In this document: positions 27,059 through 36,042 of the stretch, one piece after another
How the letters are laid out: every line of letters starts with the position of its first letter
Position numbering within the stretch: the stretch's first letter is position 1
NCBI GenBank assembly: GCA_038496445.1
Contig: JALMLS010000441.1
Location: forward strand, 1,248 to 65,247
DNA length: 64,000 nucleotides
Source: Trichosphaerium sp. ATCC 40318
Taxonomy: Eukaryota; Protista; Tubulinea
Direction: 5' to 3'
Program-made: the position numbers and the translations under genes
The notes under the pieces: model-generated
Database searches by the model: none
What the model was told of the DNA's origin: nothing
What the model saw: only the letters and a program-made list of their open reading frames with translations

Positions 27059-28364
27059 TGCCACGTGATAAAATAATCCATTTGTAAAAGTAGTGTATGA
27101 ACCAAAAAAAAAAAGTTGTATTTGAACCAGAATCTTGTTTTCGTTCACGGTTGTGATTTGTCAGTTTATATTTGAAACAATTCACCAGACTAAAATTCTA
27201 CTCCGTGTAAGTCTTGGGACGTATAGGTTCGGAATGAGACGATTCCGGGATTCTAGAAATGGTCTGACTTTTTGACAATATCAGCCAATCGTGGACCGGA
27301 AAAAATATTCCTGAACCGTATGCGTCTCCTCGGATATTTATCGGTGCCTAATGAAAACTTTAGTACTAATACCAGTAATAAATTATCGCTGTCTAAGGTG
27401 TTTTTAACCGAAGAAAAGATGTGCATTTATAGCGTGCAACAAGAAACGAGATTGGATCTGTGGATTTTTTTTTTCTTTCGAAGGTCATGGAAATTCGTCG
27501 TGGAGGGGAACGCTGAAAACGCCGAATAGGTCTCGGAAAACAACACGCAAACGTATGTAAATGCGATACAGATAAATAAAGGCAGTTTTGGTTAAAAAAA
27601 AACGGTTGGATTTTTGATACTATTTCTATTTATATTCAATACGCGTGGACGCAATAAAATACAGTGACGGCTCTTTTAAGAGCGTATTAGGTTCAACGAG
27701 TAATTATTTGTACACTTTCAACAACGAAAAGGCGCCCCAAAGCACAGAAACAACAAACCAATAATCGTGTTGGAGGTTTTTTTTTCAAACCGACAACCTC
27801 AGCACACAACGGGTATGTAGATAGCTACGATAGTTACAACGGTGTTCTAGGTGCCTTGAAAACTGAATATTTTCGCTATAGACCTCCAGTCTTACAACCG
27901 TGTAGCCTAATATAGCATAAAAGAAGAAAGCACTTTGAGGCACCAATCCAAAAAAACTAAAATTCTGCCAAAAAAGGCAGGTACAAAGAATTTTTGTGTG
28001 GTGTGCCCTAGAAGTCGCTTCTCTTATCCCTGTTGTCAGGTCTTCTATCACGTAACCCCTATGAAAAATGCGTTAAAAACATAGCATAGGCAGTGTTAAT
28101 CGATCTGCAGCTTGAAAGATGTGATGATGTAACTACATCATGCATTGTCGAATACTTCTATTCTGTACACCACAGCTGCTTACTGCAGTATGGTGAACAA
28201 ATGGTTCAAATTTGACGTTGCAGGACCACCAACCTGCAGAGACTACATTCAATGCATTTAGCCTCCTTGGGAACAAGACATGTCTTAAGTACCTTGGTGG
28301 GGATGAGCACACTGTACTCTACACACTTTACCACAACCAAATATTTGGTTGTGTTGTAACTGTT

Positions 28365-29062
28365 CTCTTCTATCATTATAACACCCATAGCAGGTGTAGA
28401 AATGTTAATCGAGTTCTGGGTTACAGACATAGTACCCTAACAGGTGCATGCCATCAGTTGCCTCAACATCTTTTGTGATGTAGGGGTGCTACAACTTTTA
28501 CCCACAAGGAACGGCACTTGTCCAAGTACTTATGGAGGAAAGACACCAATGTGTCAAGAGTGATGCCCTTAGTAGGCAACATTTGAAAGCACCAATGCTC
28601 TTGTTCTCTTCTAGCATTATAACACACATCCCAAAAAAGGAAAAGTGTAGAAATGCTAATCGAGTTCTGAGCAATGTTACACCAATGTGCAAGTCACATG
28701 GTTAACATTACACAAGGTATGTGTTAAAGTCCTTAATGGGCTACAACAAACCATATGAACATATAACTGACCTTTGTTCTCTTCTAACATTATAACACCC
28801 ATAGCAGGTGTAGAAATGTTAATCGAGTTCTGGAGCTAATACACAGTGTGCGCTAACTTGGATCACTTCTTCTAGCATTATAACACTTCTTCAAGGAGGT
28901 GTAGAAATGCTAATCGGGTGCTAAGCCAGGTATGCATTTACACAAGGTATGTATTGAAGTCCTCAGTGGGCAACAACTAAACTACCTGTGTATGAAAGTT
29001 ATTATCTCTTCTAGTATTATAACACTTCCCATCAAGGAGGTGTAGAAATACTAATCGAGATA
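28365..29062 (+). repeat. Five dispersed copies of the hairpin ctcttc-tagcatt-ata-acac-[variable]-gtgt-aga-aatgcta-atc-gag
   Basis: Copies at 28365-28413, 28606-28664, 28779-28827, 28864-28920 and 29003-29062. Confidence 0.9.
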
Positions 29063-29658
29063 TTGTAACACATCATTACAGTCCTTAGCATGTACAAATG
29101 TAACATGCCTGGGTGGATGAAAGGAATCAATGATTCCAACTAAGTAATTCAAGAAACTGTATGACACGTCTAGGGAACACCTAAAGGAAAGACAAGTTCT
29201 AGTACTTGGGTGGGTAACAGATGTGATGCATTGACTCAATTGACGGAAAGGCACTCAAGCCAAGTACATCAACATGAGCATGCAAGTGTTACAGCTTCAA
29301 CCTCGACAAGGAAAGGGACCAGCCGAGTACTTGAGAGGAAAGGTAATTCATACGCTGTGTAACACATCTAGGTAACACCTAAAGGAAAGACGAGTTCTAG
29401 TACTTGGGTAATAGATGTGGCTGGTCTGAATGGCAATGGCAGATTAAAGGAAAAGGCAGTCAACCCAAGTACGTTTAGGTAGTGGTACACCTTCTAACTC
29501 ATCTAGCAAAACAAGACGGAAATGGTTGGGCATTACAAAAGGTATGTAGTGAAGCCCTTATGGATGTATGACTAACCTTTATTTTATACCATAGTAGCGC
29601 ACTAAAGGATGGGAGGATCACACTTGGACAAAGGTACAGCCCGTACTGCTTACTGGCG

Positions 29659-30143
29659 TTTAGGTCAAATACAAGATGTAGGGGTTCAATGAGGAGGTAC
29701 AAGTTCATTTGCTAACTAGCTGCGCTATACACACTAATGATGAAGGTGTGTATAGCCAATTGATCCAGGGAATGCAGTTTTAGGTACTAGCACGCAAGAT
29801 GTCGGTGTTCAATGAGGAGGTGCAAGTTCATTTGCTAACTAACTGCGCTATACACACTATTGATGAAGGTGTGTATAGCTAATTGATCCAGGGATATGCA
29901 GTTTTAGGTACTAGCACACAAGATGTCGGAGTTAGTTCATTTGCTAACTTAGCTGCGCTATACACACTATTGATGAAGGTGTGTATAGCTAATTGATCCA
30001 GGGATATGCAGTTTTAGGTACTAGCACACAAGATGTAGGGGTTCAATGAGGAGGTGCAAGTTCATTTGCTAACTAACTGCGCTATACACACTAATGATGA
30101 AGGTGTGTATAGCCAATTGATCCAGGGTTATGCAGTTTTAGGT
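29659..30143 (+). repeat. Four tandem ~110-125-bp units, each with the 11-bp hairpin gctatacacac/gtgtgtatagc
   Basis: Units start near 29659, 29779, 29904 and 30014; unit 3 has an internal deletion. Confidence 0.92.
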
Positions 30144-32055
30144 GCTCATCTTGTGAGCAGATGTAGATGTCAGGTGGTTCTATTATTGGCATTAACTATA
30201 AACATGAGGGTAAGTTGTGGTGTAATTGATGGTAACTTCTGTGCAGGTTGGCTAAGAGATGTTGGCAAAGGGATACAGATTTGGGTGCAAGTGGTGGCTT
30301 AGCATAAGTACGTGTTTATTGGATGTTTAAAAGTGTATTTACTAACTGTTCTACCTTCGCAACTTGGCTTACAATAGGTAGGTACAAGGTGGGGTATAGA
30401 TTCATAGGATGGTGCGTTAGGCAGGATTCACAGGATGGATGGCTATTGGGATTGTTACACCTACTGCTCATTATACGACTGTGGTGGTATCTGGACTGTA
30501 GTCTGTTCTTCATCCTCTTAGCACATGCCAGCTGGGTCAGTTTTCACTGGTTGACCGAGTTTAACACGTGTTGAGATGACAAAGGAACAGATTACAGGGC
30601 AGTAGGTGTAACTCACAATAGGGTAGGTACAATGGGATGTGGATGCACAGGATGGGTGCAGTAGATGTAATCATTAGGTAGGTTTCACAGGTTGGCTTTG
30701 GGCGATAAGGGACGATGGCTTGCAGAACGGTACATATGTAGTGTCCTTTAATAACTTACTTTCTATTCTATATGTAGGGTTTCGCTGGTTCACACAAGGG
30801 GGTTGTTGTAATTAATAAAATCCTTTTTCTTCTTTTAATTAACATTTCACAAGTTTTCCTTTTTTTTTCTTTTCTTTCATTAGCATGCTTACCGCAGGGA
30901 CAGGCAATGTAAAGCAACTTTAAGGGCGGCATAACTAAATCAAACAAAAAACCTAAAAGTTGCTTCTTGCTATTGCATTCTGAGACTAAATACATCTATG
31001 GGCCAGTTTCAAGGCCAATCCTTGTATACTTTTTTTTTACATCTCCTAGATGACTTTATGCATCAAAAAAGTAGAGCACCACTTCGCTATCACGTGATAT
31101 TAAAACAGTTTCTAGATTTAACATAGTTACATGCTACTAGTGTCTGGGAATGAAGAAGTGAATTTGGTGCCAGGAGGTTGCTTGCTAATCGGCATTGCCT
31201 ATTGCTGAATTAACCAAACAAACTAGTATCTTCAGCCTATTGAAGTTGTATTGCTCCACATTTCTATGTTCAGTACATTGATAAACTGCTTGAAGTTTAT
31301 GATTATATTTCACATTTAGTTCACCTTTTTGTGTACTTTATTACCAACACTTCAACTCTTGAACACTATTTCCGGAATTGTTGAAGTGAGATTTGATAAC
31401 TACTGCTTTGATTGTCATGTTCAAAATAGTTTTTGAAGTGTAAGATGGTTACAAGGTGACACAAAGATTTCTTTTAACCAGTAATAGCAAAATCAAATTT
31501 CGTGCTTTTCTCGAAACTCTCAAGAAAGCGATGCTGCCCAAATGTTTTTGATTTTCCTGGTATTGATAAGGACAATTTCTTTCCCTCAAGTCCAAAAAGG
31601 ATAAACAATTGTCAAGTCAAGTTAACGCTTCAGTTTTTTTTTTTCTTTTCTCAAAATGGAAACCCACAACAGACTTATTGTTCCATTTTTTTTCAAAATT
31701 GTAGTACGGTCTCATTGCACATGTATTTTTTTTGTTGAGTAAGGAACAGTTACAGATTTATGTCGTTAACTTGACATGACTTGACAATAGTACTTCTAAC
31801 AAAACATGAGGTTTGGAAATGGATTGTTAAATAAGTAATAATCTGGGTCACAACTCCAAAGTTGAAAGTCAGTTTTCTAAGAGCTTTTGTGTTGATAACA
31901 ACCCTGACTTTGGAGGTTACAAAAAGCATTTAACCTAAATTCGGTCGTTGGCATTCCAAGCTAATTTGGCACAGCGCATTCACTTAACGGAAGTGCAATT
32001 TGTGGCAATTAAACGTAGCTTATAGACAATACTGTCCACATAGAGTACACCAAGC

Positions 32056-32391
32056 ATGCTAATATACATAAAACAGCCAACACAAACCGGGTTTGTAACT
32101 TTGGAGGTAGAGCATACGACGACCTTAGATATGCTAAAAGATATGATTTTAAACAAAACTGGTGCGTATTAAACGATAATTAGGCACATTACGCCTCTAA
32201 CGCTTTAAATAGGTATTGAAAAGGACATTCAGCGCTTGATAATGGCTGGGAAGGTCTTAGGAAACGACTCTTCGACTCTACGGGATTATAACATAAACGG
32301 AGAACAAGTCCTTCATTTACTAACTTCAGATGAACTTAACAAATCGGTACATAAAATACCTGTCTATGATCCTGCAGCTGTGCGTAACTAA
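32056..32391 (+). CDS. Ubiquitin-like protein lacking C-terminal di-Gly (2 exons; absent from ORF track)
   Basis: MLIYIKQPTQTGFVTLEVEHTTTLDMLKDMILNKT / GIEKDIQRLIMAGKVLGNDSSTLRDYNINGEQVLHLLTSDELNKSVHKIPVYDPAAVRN*; intron 32162-32212; aligns with ubiquitin TLEVE, QRLIFAGK, TLSDYNI, TLHL. Confidence 0.85.
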
Positions 32392-32933
32392 GAGCTGTGT
32401 GTGTAAATCGAACGCTCGTTTAATTTACTGTAAAGACAACTACTTGTGACACAACGTTCATGAACGCCAATAAAATTGTAACTCCGTATTTGTTTTTATA
32501 TCGTTTGTACACTTGCAAGCGGTTGTAGGTTTCTAGAGGCAAACTGCATGTTGTAATACTGTAGGCTCAAGATGTTCTTACACCTTAGAGTATTTTTAAG
32601 TTGTAAGTATTAAGCTTGTAGTGGCCCGGCTATCATTGCTTGAAAGCCCATTCACCTCCTTGAGTATCCATGTAAGTTGCATTGTTCTCTAATTTTATGT
32701 CAATAGTTCACGTATTCACCAAATCGAACTAAACACAATATTTATTGTTTGAAATCGTATCTTTAGGATGACGGTTTTCAATCATATTCAACTGGTTTTT
32801 TATTTGAAATCGTGTACCTTAAGGGTGCCAGTTTCAAACATATTCAATCATTTATCGTTTATCGTTTGATAATTTCACTTGAAAAAAACAATTAAAGTAG
32901 ATTGTTTTTTTTTGTGTATTTCCTTTCTACTTT

Positions 32934-33145
32934 GGATTTGCTGAAATAACGCTATTTTATTGTAACATAGCCGCTCCAGATTAGTATCACACGTGATTTT
33001 CTGTTGGAATGCTCAAGTGAAGAAATCCACAACGATACGCTAATGGTATAGCTATAGAGTTGCAAAAGGCTAACTATGTTCACAAGCTGTCCCAAAAAAT
33101 CAGGAGTAGCGTTAACACAAAATAGTGTTATTTCATGTCAAATCC
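32934..33145. mobile_element. MITE-like element, copy A
   Basis: TIRs ggatttgctgaaataacgctatttt ... aaaatagtgttatttcatgtcaaatcc; interior homologous to 34697-34935 (ctaatggtatagct..agagttgca; aaaaatcagg..tagcg). Confidence 0.7.
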
Positions 33146-33259
33146 TCCTAGCCGAATTATCTTTCGGGGGAGAAGAAAAGGAGGGCATAGTATATAGTGA
33201 AGTTTACCATCAACCCACATGCTTTGTATCTTAGTTGCCCATCTATATATACCACTCTT

Positions 33260-34549
33260 TCATTTCTCCATGTTTTTTATCGTCAACCCACATGTTTTGT
33301 ATACAAATCGATTTTTTTTTGTTTGTACACCATCAAACCATGTGGTTTGATTCACTAATCGTCCTGTTTCATGCCAAACCTTTTTTTCGCCATGAAGTTT
33401 ACCATCAACCCACATGCTTTGTATCTTTAGTTGCCCATTTTCATACCACTCTTTCATTTCACCATGTTTTTTATCATCAACCCACATGCTTTGTATCTTT
33501 AGTTGCCCATTTGCATACCACTCTTTCATTTCACCATATTGTATATCATCAATCCACATGCTTTGTGCACTAAGTTTTCCACTTTCATGCCACTCTTTCT
33601 TTTCGCCATGTTTTTTATCATCAACCCACATGCTTATTTCCTCGAGCTGTCCACTTTCATACCAATCTGTTTTTTTACCATGGCATTTACCATCAACCCA
33701 CATGCTTTGTGACCCGAGTTGTCCATTTTCATACCACTCTTTTTGTTCACCATGACATTTACCATCAACCCACATGCTTTGTGACTTGAGCTGTCCATTT
33801 ACATACCACTCTTTTGTTTCACCATGTTGCTTATCATCAATCCACATGCTTGTTGCCTCGAGCTGTCCACTTTCATACCAAGCGTTTTCTTTACCATGAC
33901 ATTTACCATCAACCCACATGCTTTGAAATTGTAGTTGTCCATTTTCATACCACTCTTTTTGTTCACCATGTTGTTTATTATCAACCCACATGATTTGTGC
34001 CTCGAGCTGTCCACTTTCATACCAAGCTTTTTCTTTACCATGACATTTACCATCAACCCACATGCTTTGTGACTCGAGTTGTCCATTTTCATACCACTCT
34101 TTTTGTTCACCATGTTGTTTATCATCAACCCACATGATTTGTGCCTTGAGCTGTCCACTTTCATACCAAGCGTTTTCTTTACCATGACATTTACCATCAA
34201 CCCACATGCTTTGAAATTGTAGTTGTCCATTTTCATAGAACTCTTTTTGTTCACCTTTTTTCTTTCCATTTATCATCATACATTGTAGCTTGATATTTCC
34301 ATTCTCATACCAAACTTTACATGGACCTGTCCTATATTGTTTAATACATACTTTTCCACTTTTATACCACCCTATCCATTGTCCTTTTCTTTGTAGTGTT
34401 GCATCAAAATGTGTATTGATTGCTGCTCTTTTTGAGAGTGTATGGAATTTTGTGAATGCTTCAATGTTGAACGTGCAGAAATATGTTTGAATTTCACATG
34501 GAAGATCAAGTACAGTAAAAGCCAAGCTCTTTGTTGAATTTGTTTCCAT
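33260..34549 (-). CDS. Intronless F-box-like + MORN-variant repeat protein
   Basis: 429-aa ORF. N-terminus VLDLPCEIQTYF (F-box-like LP.EI), then about 13 24-aa repeats (GKCHGEQKEWYENGQLESQSMWVD). Decayed out-of-frame repeat copies continue at about 33200-33300. Confidence 0.85.
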   Translation of the reverse strand: METNSTKSLAFTVLDLPCEIQTYFCTFNIEAFTKFHTLSKRAAINTHFDATLQRKGQWIGWYKSGKVCIKQYRTGPCKVWYENGNIKLQCMMINGKKKGEQKEFYENGQLQFQSMWVDGKCHGKENAWYESGQLKAQIMWVDDKQHGEQKEWYENGQLESQSMWVDGKCHGKEKAWYESGQLEAQIMWVDNKQHGEQKEWYENGQLQFQSMWVDGKCHGKENAWYESGQLEATSMWIDDKQHGETKEWYVNGQLKSQSMWVDGKCHGEQKEWYENGQLGSQSMWVDGKCHGKKTDWYESGQLEEISMWVDDKKHGEKKEWHESGKLSAQSMWIDDIQYGEMKEWYANGQLKIQSMWVDDKKHGEMKEWYENGQLKIQSMWVDGKLHGEKKVWHETGRLVNQTTWFDGVQTKKNRFVYKTCGLTIKNMEK

Positions 34550-34696
34550 TTTCTTTTTTGTTGTTGAAAGTTATGTAACTTGATTTAACAGTTACACTTG
34601 AGTGTACAATATAAAGTGATAATACCTAGAAAAGAATAAGGGAATATTCGTAAATTGAAGGTGAAACGACACGTGTATTTCAGAAAATAATCAAAA

Positions 34697-34935
34697 GGAT
34701 TTTAACCTGAAATAGCGCTATTTTATTTTAACACTAAAAAGCCTACTTTGTAGGCCCACTCCCGATTAGTAGCAAGCACGTGACTTTTTGCTCGTATGCT
34801 CACATAATTTACTCCATATGGGTATACTAATGGTATAGCTCGCAGAGTTGCACAAACGAGCTACCTACGTTCACAAACCATCTCGAAAAATCAGGCTTAG
34901 CGCTACCACAAAATAGCGCTATTTCAGGTCAAAAT
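34697..34935. mobile_element. MITE-like element, copy B
   Basis: TIRs ggattttaacctgaaatagcgctatttt ... aaaatagcgctatttcaggtcaaaat. Related end-fragments at about 12985-13048 and 35560-35620. Confidence 0.72.
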
Positions 34936-36042
34936 ATTGTTTTTTACGTCTTTGGGCTACATGATATTACATGCGCCGCTAATACGTAATACACAGCCAG
35001 AAAAACGAAAGATAACTACGGTTTTGTGTAATGTCACTACTCCGGGTCTTGTACGCGTATATAATAGTACGTGCAGTGTACTACCAATGCGAGCTGTTTT
35101 GAATGCTTTTTACGTAATATTGTACGTACGTTAAGGGATTAACTATCAAACTACTGGTGCGTCAATAGTTCTACGTAGGCAAAGCTCCGGTAACAAAATA
35201 ATAACTAAAGAAAAAGTCTTACAAGTTCAACGTGCAAACTTAAAATAGTATGGTGTTAAGTGTGAACTACATTAAATACCATTTTGCAAGTACTAATCCC
35301 AGTGCTGATGTCATCTCTATAAACAGCCTTGTCAAAAGTGTACTCGCTACTGGAGTGAGGTGGATCCTTGCACGTGCGTTTTTGTGTGGCTATTGGTTAG
35401 GTATTCTAATAGACGGCTATTGGTTAGTACCTTGGTTAGATATTGTTTAAAGTCGCTTTTTTGGTTACCGACGTAGTATTTCGGATGTCATGAACACAGG
35501 CAGCCCTGTGAGAGTCTGCAGCAAGCGGTCCAATTTTTAAGGGATATTGTATACGATAGTAAGTCACGTGCTTACTAATGTGAGTAATGTTAAATAAAGA
35601 TAGTGTTTTTTCAAGTCAAAAGCCAGCATGTCGACATCCATTTAATCGTTTCCGCCTCTGTATGGGCTTTACAAGCTTAGAAGATCCAAGCTCGATTATT
35701 TGTATGCGTTTCGGAGCGTTGTGAGCGAAAGGCCAAAAAGCCGAAAACTGTGCAAGCTTTCTTTGTAACAAGTGCTCTAATGACAGGAAACGCGCGAACC
35801 AATATTCGGCTTTTTTGCTGCAAAGACTAGGAAATATTTAAGTGGATGCCGAAAATAGGCAACTCACGGAGAATTGTTCTCTACAATGCAGTCAAATTTA
35901 CGTCCACTAAATATACCAGAATCCATTGAGTGAATTTCCAGTGTATAAGTATGTACACTTTGGGACGGAGAAATACAAAATTCCTTGTAGTTGACTTAAA
36001 ACCACTTCTGCCTTTTTTGGTTAAAACGCTCTAATTAGTACA

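Larger units (their letters stand above)
28100..30750 (+). ncRNA. Putative large modular structured non-coding RNA (unassigned family)
   Basis: No spliceable gene. Contains five covarying hairpins, seven GAA/AGUA units, three cattaca(c/a)aaggtatgt modules, four ~120-nt tandem units and a G-rich tail. G-U wobbles are consistent with the + strand. Transcription is not shown. Confidence 0.5.

Noticed and set aside
28365-29062. SECIS elements or tRNAs
   Set aside because: No AUGA/GA quartet with apical AA, no adjacent UGA-containing gene, and no cloverleaf or T-loop.
29720-30120. Hammerhead ribozyme/retrozyme or C/D snoRNA (tgatga in loops)
   Set aside because: No CUGANGA plus GAAA core in a three-stem arrangement, and no box D (CUGA) at a suitable position.
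28365-30143. CRISPR array
   Set aside because: Spacing is irregular, the intervening sequences are themselves repeated, the variable part lies inside the hairpin, the context is eukaryotic and no cas genes are present.
30400-30700. CsrB/RsmZ-like CAGGAUG repeats
   Set aside because: Few copies, and CsrA is bacterial; kept only as a generic repeated word.
33235-34490. Overlapping ORFs in other frames and strands of the MORN gene
   Set aside because: Shadows of a 72-nt repeat that lacks stop codons in those frames.
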